64,000 nt of DNA from assembly GCA_964016885.1 (NCBI GenBank), contig OZ024741.1:204290001-204354000 (forward strand), in the 5' to 3' direction. A model generated the notes under the pieces. It was not told the DNA's origin. It saw only the letters and a list, made by a program, of their open reading frames with translations, and did not search any database. Made by a program: the position numbers and the translations under genes. Below are positions 53,700 through 64,000 of the stretch, one piece after another (the first letter of the stretch is position 1; each line of letters begins with the position of its first letter). This DNA is from Eledone cirrhosa. Lineage: Eukaryota.

Positions 53700-56220
53700 T
53701 TAGAGATTTTTAAAGATCAATGTTGGAAATTGAAGATTTGGTCATGCCTGGAGATTAATAGGTCCTTTCTAATTATGATTCAAGCAGTTCTAGCAAGCAA
53801 AGTTCACATTCTCGTTGTTTGTGCTAATATGGTCTGGCCGATTGTATAATTGATTCCAGATAAATGCCATTGACTCACATAAGTTTGGGTTCTTAAATGA
53901 GTGTGTATGCACATTTAGCTGGGGGTTGAAGAAATTTCAGGTAGTCTTCACATATTTATACATACCTAGGTTTGTAGTAATTCTACATTGATATATGATA
54001 TTCTTATATAGGCATTTTCCTATTAAAGAAGATTTATCAGGTTGTCTACAGTTATAGTTTTTCCATGTGTGCTGATTGAGGTTTGGTCCTGTTTGAGTAT
54101 TTGGAGTGGTAGTGGAATTAGTAATGGGTTAAATAAGATTGACTTGTTTTTTAAGTTTGTTGTTTGGGTCTGCATATCAGTTTTTTTCTTTGATTTTTTG
54201 TGGGTTTTTTTCGTGTTTTTTTTTTGGGGGGGGGGGGAAATGATGACATTCTCTATGTTGGTGCCATCCATCCATTACAAGTTTTGAGTTTTTTTATGTT
54301 GTAAGTAAAGAGACATTTAAGGTTTAAATTAGTTATAAAATGTTGGAGGTTCATGGTAATTGTAGAATAGCTGATGGTTCTCCTGTTCAACATTTGATGG
54401 TATCTATGGGAAGGAAGGTTTTATCTATTATTTTAAAGAAAAGAAGAGAGATTTTAGTTTTCACCTGAATATTATGTAAAGGGTTATACCAGAGATATGA
54501 TTTAGAGCAGGATTTTGGTACGGCATTGGTTAGGGATTTTGTTTATCATCAGTGGTTACAGTATTTATATGATTCTGTACGGTCAGCATTCCTTTGTTGT
54601 TTGTGTTGGTATGAGTTTGAATGGTTTCCAGGGTGATTCTGCATCTGGTACATATTTCATTGTAATATTAAATCCAGCCATTTGGAGCGCATTATAGTTG
54701 CCTGCGACTGGTTCAGTCGATACGGCTGGTTATAGTCGATACGGCTGGTTTAAATGCTAAAGGGTTAAACATTATAACATACTCTCACAAGTCCATATTA
54801 AAATTTTTCATGAATGAAATTACTTGATATTGTTTTAGTACAACCAATGACATTTTTACAATATAAAAACATATAATGAAAACTAATTCACACAAAACAT
54901 AAACAATCCTCATTTTCCTACAACAGCTGATATGTTTTATCTAAGAATCAAGGACTACAGAAATAACTTTAAAAATGAGACACATAATGTCTCTTGTGTG
55001 TTGAGAAGGAAGATATCAGTGCAAATGACGAGAGAGAAGATTAGAAAGACACAAACAAAAGGCTGTTAACAGAATCCTACTGAAATCACTGATATTCACA
55101 AGGTTTCAGAATAAAATAAGAATTAAGAGACTAAGTCCATTGAATTTTAACATGCTTAACCCTTTAGCAATTAAACCAGCCGTATCTAACCAGAATTCTG
55201 TTCAAACTGGCTGTAACTGGCCACTCATACTACATTAAGGTATAGTTCCCAAAATAAATATCAAAATCTCATAGATTCAATATTATGTGAGGTAAAGCCT
55301 TTGCCTTGAAAATATAATACTAAATATAGAGTAATGTAAATACTAAAGGGCTAAAGGTAGTTTGAGTTGTGGAGAGACTGGAGATCCTGAGATATTCCTT
55401 TTATAATAGAGTTAATAATGGCCCGAAGGTGGTTAGAGTTTGTTAACACATGTAAGGTTTTCATTAGTTTTATGGAAGGGTTTGAATAGACCGGAATTTA
55501 GTTGGCAACCTTATAATTGTGCCCAAAGGTAATTTTTAAGTGTATGTGCTTAAAGAAGGATTGAATTGCCTTTGTTCTACATTCGAGCTGTTGCTCATTG
55601 AAATTATTGACCAGTAGAAGAGTGTCGTCTCTATAAATTCCACCATGAAGATCCGTAAATTCTAAATTAAGCTTATGCAATAGATAAATTTCAACTTTGT
55701 CTGTAACCGGGGCTGAATCACTGGATCCTATAGTTATTTTGAAGTTACTGATCCTATTCTTACATGTCCAGTATTCATTTTAGAATTTAATTACCGAATA
55801 TCTAGGGGCTAGCACTATTTTGGCTTCTTCCCTAGTTAAATCAGAGTTCTGCATTGTGAATATAAGGGCCTTATTGAGGAGATCGGGAGGAATGGATAAT
55901 AATCATCAATGTTGAACTGGATAAATTTTGATATAGATTTGTCATCTATCCTAGTAAACCAGTTGATTACCTCATTGGTTCTGTCCCAGAGTTTAATTAG
56001 CTGATTTACTGCTCTATTTAATGTGTTTGCTTATATCTCCTATGTCAGATTTAGAATGGCAGATAAGTTTAATCATTGGGTTAGTTTCAAAGTCATTTTT
56101 ATGATCATTTAGGTTAAATATAGGTTGTCTAGGTTCAAACGATTCTGTAGTCTGCTACTCCTAATCTATTTACTATCGCTAGCCCTTCATATCCTTAATG
56201 ATTGACTTTTCAGTATTCAA
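53700..56220 (-). mobile_element. Old, fragmented PLE (RT to GIY-YIG)
   Basis: RT motif GIYRDDTLL (55498-55680), LWYNPL (~54485), NCRQPDK..GKCLYKNIIYQCRI (~54000) and CELCLLE (~53800). Confidence 0.7.
55157..55353. mobile_element. TTAA-flanked MITE (piggyBac-like)
   Basis: TTAACCCTTTAGCA...TACTAAAGGGCTAA inverted termini. An orphan end lies at ~54742-54767. Confidence 0.65.
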
Positions 56221-56349
56221 TAAATGAATCATTGAATATCAGCAAATGTGCCTTGTTCATCTATTAACCTCGCTCGCTCTCTCTCTCTCTCTCTGTTTAT
56301 TTATTAGTCTTCACATTTACTATTATCATATATATATATACATGTATAT

Positions 56350-56550
56350 TTCAAGGAGACAACAAACAGAGGCACAAAAAGTTAGTTTCATGCTTTATAT
56401 TGGAAAGAGGAAAGAAAGTTTGATGTGTCGGGCTTAAACCCTTCTTCAGGAGTACAAATAGAGACAGGATCACAATGGAGAAACAGAAAGAATGTCCAGT
56501 AAAGACACACAAAAAAAAAAACGAAAATGAAGAGGAGAAAAATAAGAAAG
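56350..56550 (-). mobile_element. pLTR remnant related to 47500-47620
   Basis: Minus strand CTGAAGAAGGGTTTAAGCCCGACAC (GAAA mutated). Confidence 0.6.
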
Positions 56551-57099
56551 CCATTTCACATTCATACACGTATATATAGATGCATACATATACAAATAAT
56601 GTAGTAACTCATTTGAATCCAATATCATTTATAAATATACATGCACATCAATATATTCAGTATCAAAGTTTTGCATATACAAAGCAATGCATATAACATA
56701 AATCAAGACACACACACAGCTGCATGCAATAAGTTAATTAACTTAAAACCCTAAGTATGTGATAACACTTTCACCTTCTTTAATACAGAAGTTAAAAAAA
56801 TTCGATATAATACAATCATATATAATATATTCGTCACACATACATATATATATATATGCATGTATGTGTGTAGACAAACAGGCGAAAAATATTTACTGCA
56901 TTTTGTAGAGTATACTTATTCATTTAAAGATCGTGATTTATTTTATCACTACTCTGAGTTTCTTGATATGTGAATGTTCACCAGGAGGCAAAGAATAATA
57001 GTTTGGAACATATAAACAAGAATTGAAGTACACAATTAGCATCGCAGGTTATTCTGAATAAGAACTGATAAAGGGTAGAGCTGATTACTTTAGACCTGC

Positions 57100-57460
57100 C
57101 AGAAGCAGATAAGATGCACCAGTTAGTGATAGGAAGAGTATCTAGCCATAGAAACCATGCCCCAAAAATGGAACATACTAGCAAGTCATGAACTGCACAA
57201 GCTGCATCAATGGCAACCTTTAAGGAGAACAATAACTCCAAATAAAAACTGATACAAAACTCAACTCTTTATTCCTGCATAAGACATTTATAGTGCTGGC
57301 AGCACGATAAAATGCACCCAGCCTACTGTTAAGACATCACAACAAGAAAATAAGCTGGTTTTCTATGTTAATGTGTGTGCAAGGAAACACAGAATGTGAA
57401 GAGTAATAAAACCCTTCCAACCCATGCCAGCATGGAAAAACAGACATAAAATGACGATCA
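57100..57460 (+). mobile_element. Old SINE/RTE-derived fragments
   Basis: Similarity to the RTE 5' region (27680-27715, 27800-27830). Tail CCAACCCATGCCAGCATGGAAAAACAGAC shared with ~60227 and ~62177. Confidence 0.55.
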
Positions 57461-57524
57461 TATACATAAAAACAATGAATTGCTACATGGCACTCATTAC
57501 TCTTTGTTATTATTATCACTGTAA

Positions 57525-57745
57525 TTGTGGGTGGTGGACTGGCAGAATCCTTAGACCATCAGACAAAAAGCTTTGCATCATTTATGGCTCTTTACATTCT
57601 GATTTCTAATCCCACCGCGGTCAACTTTGCCTTTCATCTTTTTGAGGTCAATAAAATAAAGTACCAGTGAAGTACTCGGTCAATGTAATTGCCTTATTCT
57701 TCTCCTCAGAAATGGCTGACATTGTACCTAAATTAGAAATCCTTA
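57525..57745 (+). mobile_element. Old tRNA-derived SINE
   Basis: Diverged family core CTTTGCCTTTCATC...AATAAAGTACCAG. Confidence 0.75.
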
Positions 57746-58159
57746 TTACGATTGTAATTAGTGATGGCATTTTTTGTAACATGTTTTATATTGAATTTCA
57801 AGATCACTATCACTAAAAGGAAAAGGTAAAATATAACTATAAAAACCATTATTGGGAAGGAGAAATTCAATTTTAGGATTCAATGGATCATGGCCTTCAG
57901 TTAAGTTATGAAAAATATTATTAAAGAAGCAAGGAGGTAGAATAATATCTCTTGGTAGACTACAGTATTATCTTCAAAGACATTTCAATGAGCTTAAACA
58001 CTAGTTAACTCAAATGTCTTTTAGGGAAATATGTTCATTATTTTTTGTTCATCACTTTTATATTTTGGGGGTGTTTTTTTGCACAAGATTTCTAAAAGTT
58101 TTTTTTTTATTTTATTCAATTTCATTATCATTATTGTTAACATCATTATTATACATGTG

Positions 58160-58367
58160 TTATTCCGGTTTCTTCAATGATAAATAAAGAGTTTTATTTA
58201 TAATCGATCTATCGGGGTTGATTTTGCGCAGTAGCTGTGCAATACAGTTGGTCAGCTGCTCATTGGTCATGTTTAATTTTTTTGATTTGAACTTTTGTAA
58301 CAAGTCTTTTGTACTCATAGGTTTACGCATTAAATAACGCCGGATAATTTCCTCAGAGATTCCTTCA
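58160..58367 (-). CDS. GTF2F1: TFIIF subunit 1 (RAP74), last coding exon (winged-helix domain)
   Basis: EGISEEIIRRYLMRKPMSTKDLLQKFKSKK...LLRKINPDRSIINKTLYLSLKKPE*. Pyrimidine tract plus CAG acceptor at 58368-58370. Confidence 0.93.
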
Positions 58368-59514
58368 CTGTAGTAAGAGAGAAAGAAAAAAATGTTATAA
58401 CCATTATAGAGAGTGTATACATATTCATGTATATTTATTATACACAATTTCAATAACTCTTACTTTGAATGCATACATGAAGGCTAATGTGATGAAAAAA
58501 TCATACAATTGGTTCAATTGCAGTATTCATATTCTTTTGTTGTAGTTTTATTCATGGTTAACCTGATCAAGTTGATAAATGATCAAAGACATTCCAGGCG
58601 TGACCACTTCATTTTTTTTTGTCTATACGTATATATCTGAGACAACAAGTGAGTACAATGTGATCTGACATGAACCTGGTTATTATTTTTAGAAAAAGCC
58701 CGAAAAAGCTCCATCTTAGGCTTGTTAGTTAGCTGAATCAAGTACCACCTACTTCCAATCACTGCTGGATTGAGTGGCATTAGATTCTTCAACCAAGAAT
58801 AAAATATACTCTCCAACATGCCTGACAAATGTTTGGAATTTTCAAGGAAGCACAGAAGGAAAATATTGAATTACAACTGCAATCAAATGGAATAGCATGA
58901 CAAAAAAATAGAGAAATCTCCTTGAATTTCAGCTAACATTTAATATCTAAGATTTCTTTGTATGTATCAGCCAATAAAGCTCACATGTCAAGAACATCCA
59001 ACTACAAGGTAAGCTAGTGGTTATGGCAAAACTACTAGTTTCTTAGCTCATAACTGCTGAATACTGATATTTATCACAAAGTACTTCTATGGACAAGGCA
59101 AACTCCACCATCATCATCATTTAATATCCATTATCCCTACTAGCAAAGTCCATAAGTTAGTGAAACTACCTGGAAGACAGGTATTCCACTCCCTACATGA
59201 ACAGTTGGAAGTAATATGTAAATGTCTCTCATATTTCTACAAAACTGTTAAGGGCTAATACATAATCTGGTTTCATAAAGGTAACCAAATCAAAATAAAT
59301 CACCTTCCATTAATATTTCCAGTTAAACTGATACCTAATCCAGATAATAAGGTGAATTAAGGCATATTGAACTATGTATAGCTCTTAAACAGAGCTGAAT
59401 CAATTTCAACTGAAGACAATATATACAAACATGTAAAGTGGTTAATAAATTTTAAAAACAAAACCCAATATCATTATGTACTTTCATAAAGAGAAATGGA
59501 GCAACAAGACAAAC

Positions 59515-59611
59515 CTGCTAGTGCATGGAACATTGCTAACAGGACTGTCAGTTCGCACTTTTTTATTTGAAAAAGATGTCTCTGGCTCAGCTTTCCGTTT
59601 CTGTGGCAGAA
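59515..59611 (-). CDS. GTF2F1: GTF2F1 internal exon (97 nt)
   Basis: tttcag|...LPQKRKAEPETSFSNKKVRTDSPVSNVPCTS|gtttgt. Phase 1 in and phase 2 out fit both neighbours. Confidence 0.85.
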
Positions 59612-59659
59612 CTGAAATAAAGAAAAATTAAACATTTGATAATTACATGATTAAACATA

Positions 59660-60275
59660 ATTTATATAGAAGTAGTTGATAGCTTCTGTTACCTAGGTGA
59701 CAGAATTAGCAATGAAGGAGGTTGCTCTGAAAGTATAGTAACTAGAATGAGAACAGGATGGAAAAAGCCCAGAGAGCTACTGCCTCAATTGACAACAAAA
59801 GGTTTCTCTCTATGAACAAATGGCCAGCTGTATGAAGCCTGCATGTGATGGATGTGCAATGTTGCATGGAAGTGAAACATGGGCAGTAAATGCAAAGGAT
59901 ATGTAGAGGCTGGAGAGAAATGAAGCAAGCATGCTCTAATGGATATGGGATATTAATATGCATGAACAGCAAAGTAGGGATAGGCTGAGAAAAAAACTGC
60001 GTATAAGAGGAATGAAATATAGTGTAGAAGAGAGAAGACTGCACTGGTATAGACATGTGATATGTGAATGATGACTGGTAAGTGCCAGGAATACCCAGTG
60101 GAAGAAAGCTGCAGTAGGAAGACCTAGGCAGAAATGATGAGAGCAGATCTCACAACACTGAACCTGACACAGAAGATGACAAAGGAACATAGTCGGTGGA
60201 GGGAAGCTATGCTGCAAAAGATCCGTCCAACCCATGCAAGCACAGAAAAGCAGACATAAAAAGATGGTGATGATG
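59660..60275 (+). mobile_element. Intronic RTE LINE 3' fragment
   Basis: VDSFCYLGD, MLHGSETWAV and RRLHWYRHV, plus the RTE tail. Related to 30250-30720. Confidence 0.8.
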
Positions 60276-60685
60276 GCTTGATTTCAAAAATGATTCAGGA
60301 AGGGAGCTGCCCACATCTATTACAGGCTCACTGGTAATTGACAAAGCCAATTAGGGACAAATAGACCTAGTCACAGAGTTTTCAAAGGAAATTCTGTTTT
60401 GGATTCAGTTACAGAGAGGAGTAGGTGTATTTTATCAAGGTACCAACATTAACATTTTACAGGACTGTAAAGGGTGAATTTGATCATGGTACCAGCACTA
60501 GACAGGTTGTCACATGCTAGGCCAGACCAAAGAATCCTCTCAAACCCTATATTGTATCTGTTTGATTGCCAACACTAGATCTTCAAATTTCTCACTACAT
60601 ATAATTTTCTGTGACACAGTGTTTGTACTTGTGGATAAGTCTTTTATAGTAGTGGTAGTACTTATTCAGTTATTTGTTTAATTAC

Positions 60686-60776
60686 CTTTTGTTTCCTCGG
60701 GTTGTGATACTGCAGGAGTCGGAGTTGCAGTAGGCGCAGGTTTCTTCTCCAGAACTTTTTTAGATCTTTCTTTAAT
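60686..60776 (-). CDS. GTF2F1: GTF2F1 internal exon (91 nt)
   Basis: ttatag|IKERSKKVLEKKPAPTATPTPAVSQPEETK|gtaatt. Phase 0 in, phase 1 out. Confidence 0.82.
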
Positions 60777-61009
60777 CTATAAGATAAAATGTTTCATTTA
60801 TTAAGAGAAAAAATAACAAAATGTAGCTTAATCCTTTCTTTTTCGCTCAGCTTTTAATACTTCATACTTGATATATTCAGACATATATGAAGAGAGAGTT
60901 TGCAGTCTATTGACACTATAAACATTGACTAATTTTAGACCACATGAAGAAAAGCAACATCAAGCTAGATTTGGGTGATTGTTTGGAGAAATATGTACAA
61001 ATAGTGGAC

Positions 61010-61300
61010 ATAGAATGACTGAATAGTTAAAAAGTTTGCTTTGCAATCATTAGGTCCCATATTTGATCCCACTGCCAGGAATCTTGAGTAAGTGCCTTGT
61101 AGGTGAAACTGAGTAGATGGAAACTGCTTGAAAGCCTATCAACTTGACTGTACCTATAATGCAAAGGGCCAGTCTTGTCACACACTATATTATGCTAAAT
61201 GGCTCTGATAATTATGTTAAGCGTATACGTCCCTCTGGAATGCTCAGTCACTTACACGTTAATTTCATGAGCAGGCTGTTCCATTGGTCGAAACTGATGG
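61010..61300 (+). mobile_element. Old SINE, second family
   Basis: Degenerate tRNA-like head similar to 5140-5213. Confidence 0.5.
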
Positions 61301-61447
61301 AGGTCCATTCCATATACAAATAGCCATCAAGTGTCATATGGGTGTTTATGCGAACAGCAACACTATCTTATATATTTAAGAATTACCCAAATATGTCTTA
61401 TTTGAGCCTTGAAAGACAGCAAGGTCATGTGAAATGTGTTTACATAC

Positions 61448-61521
61448 CTTTAAAAGTTGAGATGTACGTTTCTCATCAATATCAGAATCACTTCCAGATG
61501 ACGAAGAACTGCTGTCGCTAT
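61448..61521 (-). CDS. GTF2F1: GTF2F1 internal exon (74 nt)
   Basis: cttcag|(D)SDSSSSSSGSDSDIDEKRTSQLLK|gtatgt. Contains the SDID motif of the RAP74 charged region; phase 0 out. Confidence 0.85.
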
Positions 61522-61581
61522 CTGAAGAGAAGAAAACAAAAGGATACAGAAGAAGTCTTTAACAACAAATGTTGCAATCTT

Positions 61582-61875
61582 TAATAATTATTTCTACTTT
61601 TGGCACAAGACCAACAATTACCCAGTGTATTACTGGTACTTTATTTTGAATGGCAAGGGCCGTAACTCAATGCGTCAAAGCATGGCGTCTATAATAATTG
61701 TTTCTACGTTAGGCACAAGGCCAGCAATTACCCAGTGTATTACTGGTACTTTATTTTATCGACCCTGTAACGATGAAAGGCAAAGTTAACCTCGGCGGGA
61801 TTTGAACTCAGAATGGCAAGGGCCGTAACTCTATGCGTCAAAGCATGGCGTTCGACCCTCTACCGATACTGCCAA
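61582..61875 (-). mobile_element. Two adjacent SINE copies, one internally deleted
   Basis: 61692-61875 is nearly complete. 61582-61690 repeats its 3' and middle parts without the core. Confidence 0.85.
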
Positions 61876-61877
61876 TA

Positions 61878-62228
61878 ATGGATGTACAATGTTAGTGTGC
61901 ATACACGTTGAGGTGTGGATGAACTAAGCGAAAGGATAGATATAGGAGGAATCAGATGTGGTGTGCAAGACTATGTTGGTTTAGACATGTGATGGGTATG
62001 GATGAGAAACGCTGAATGAAGAAGTGGCAGGTGGTGCCAGTAGAAGGAAGCTACAGTAGAGAAAGACTGAGAAAAACCCAGGGAGAACTGGTTAGAGTTG
62101 ATCTAAAAATGCTGAATTTCAGAGAAGATGACAAAAGAATTTTGCAGGAGGGGGGAGGCTGTGTTAGAAAGACCCATCCAACCCATGCAAGCATGGAACA
62201 ACAAACGAAAAATGATGATGATCATGAT
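61878..62228 (+). mobile_element. RTE LINE 3' fragment
   Basis: WFRHVMGMDE and the CCAACCCATGCAAGCATGGAA tail with (GAT)n. Confidence 0.7.
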
Positions 62229-62353
62229 AAAAGAAAGCATACAAATGAGGGTAAACCACTGAATTACACAAGACAATGAAGAAATTTCCATATGGTTGTT
62301 CAAATTGCTAAAAACAACAGCCTATTCTCCTCTCAAACCATACTCTAACATCT

Positions 62354-64000
62354 TGTTACTGATAATGGTTGTGATACTGATAATGGTTGTGATACTGATA
62401 ATGGTTGTGTTACTGATAATGGTTATGTTACTGATAATGGTTATGTTACTGATAATGGTTGTGTTACTGATAATGGTTATGTTACTGATAATGGTTATGT
62501 TACTGATAATGGTTATGTTACTGATAATGGTTATGTTACTGATAATGGTTGTGTTACTGATAATGGTTGTGTTACTGATAATGGTTATGTTACTGATAAT
62601 GGTTGTGTTACTGATAATGGTTATGTTACTGATAATGGTTGTGTTACTGATAATGGTTGTGTTACTGATAATGGTTATGTTACTGATAATGGTTATGTTA
62701 CTGATAATGGTTGTGTTACTGATAATGGTTGTGTTACTGATAATGGTTGTGTTACTGATAATGGTTGTGTTACTGATAATGGTTGTGTTACTGATAATGG
62801 TTGTGTTACTGATAATGGTTATGTTACTGATAATGGTTATGTTACTGAAAATGGTTGTGTTATTGATAATGGTTATGTTATTGATAATGGTTGTGATACT
62901 GATAATGGTTATGTTACTGATAATGGTTGTGTTACTGAAAATGGTTGTGATACTGATAATGGTTGTGTTACTGATAATGGTTGTGATACTGTTAATGGTT
63001 GTGTTACTGACAATGTTTGTGAAACTGATAATGGTTGTGTTACTGATAATGGTTGTGTTACTGACAATGTTTGTGATACTGATAATGGTTGTGTTACTGA
63101 TGAATGGTTGTGATACTGATAATGGTTGTGATACTGTTAATGGTTGTGATACTGATAATGGTTGTGTTACTGTTAATGGTTGTGTTATTGATAATGGTTG
63201 TGTTACTGTTAATGGTTGTGTTACTGATAATGGTTATGTTACTGATAATGGTTGTGTTATTGATAATGGTTGTGTTACTGATAATGGTTGTGTTACTGAT
63301 AATGGTTATGTTACTGATAATGGTTGTGTTACTGATAATGGTTATGTTACTGATAATTGTTGTGTTATTGATAATGGTTGTGTTACTGATAATGGTTGTG
63401 TTATATAACCATTATCAGTAACACAACCATTATGTTACTGATAATGGTTGTGTTACTGATAATGGTTATGTTACTGATAATGGTTGTGATACTGATAATG
63501 GTTATGTTACTGATAATGGTTATGTTACTGATAATGGTTATGTTACTGATAATGGTTGTGTTACTGATAATGGTTGTGTTACTGATAATGGTTGTGTTAC
63601 TGATAATGGTTATGTTACTGATAATGGTTGTGTTACTGATAATGGTTATGTTATTGATAATGGTTGTGATACTGAAAATGGTTGTGTTACTGATAATGGT
63701 TGTGTTACTGATAATGGTTGTGTTACTGATAATGGTTGTGTTACTGAAAATGGTTGTGATACTGATAATGGTTGTGTTACTGATAATGGTTGTGATACTG
63801 TTAATGGTTGTGTTACTGACAATGTTTGTGAAACTGATAATGGTTGTGTTACTGACAATGTTTGTGATACTGATAATGGTTGTGTTACTGATAAATGGTT
63901 GTGATACTGATAATGGTTGTGATACTGTTAATGGTTGTGATACTGATAATGGTTGTGTTACTGTTAATGGTTGTGTTATTGATAATGGTTGTGTTACTGT
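62354..64000. repeat. 18-bp minisatellite (GTTACTGATAATGGTT[G/A]T)n in a GTF2F1 intron
   Basis: Roughly 90 tandem units running to the window end. Confidence 0.97.

Noticed and set aside
58368-58453. N-terminal part of ORF 58160..58453
   Set aside because: Intron sequence upstream of the splice acceptor.
62296-63421. 370-aa hydrophobic ORF
   Set aside because: Translation of the 18-bp minisatellite, antisense within an intron.
62354-64000. CRISPR-like array
   Set aside because: Units are head-to-tail with no unique spacers, there are no cas genes and the context is eukaryotic.

Overview
AT-rich animal genomic DNA, probably an octopus or other coleoid cephalopod (inferred from the SINE families and dense (TA)n/(TG)n tracts). 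About 1-57 kb is a nested transposon graveyard. It holds many Penelope-like elements (PLEs) and their pseudo-LTR (pLTR) remnants, RTE, R4/Dong, CR1-group and L1/Tx1-like LINEs, and a Gypsy LTR element. It also holds a DD37D (maT) and a DD34D (Hsmar2-like) Tc1/mariner, Helitrons, tRNA-derived SINEs and a TTAA MITE. The only host gene is the 3' end of GTF2F1 (TFIIF large subunit, RAP74): four minus-strand exons at 58160-61521 that splice in frame, followed by an intronic 18-bp minisatellite. The most notable hidden layer is a set of at least 10 hammerhead-ribozyme (HHR) motifs in several unrelated short repeat families. These usually sit in (TA)n, often form palindromes or partial tandem copies, and several have an NRF1-type motif upstream. 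There is also a ~610-nt non-autonomous RTE derivative whose partner LINE ends in three C2H2 zinc fingers. Family names come from motif recognition only; no searches were run and repeat boundaries are approximate.
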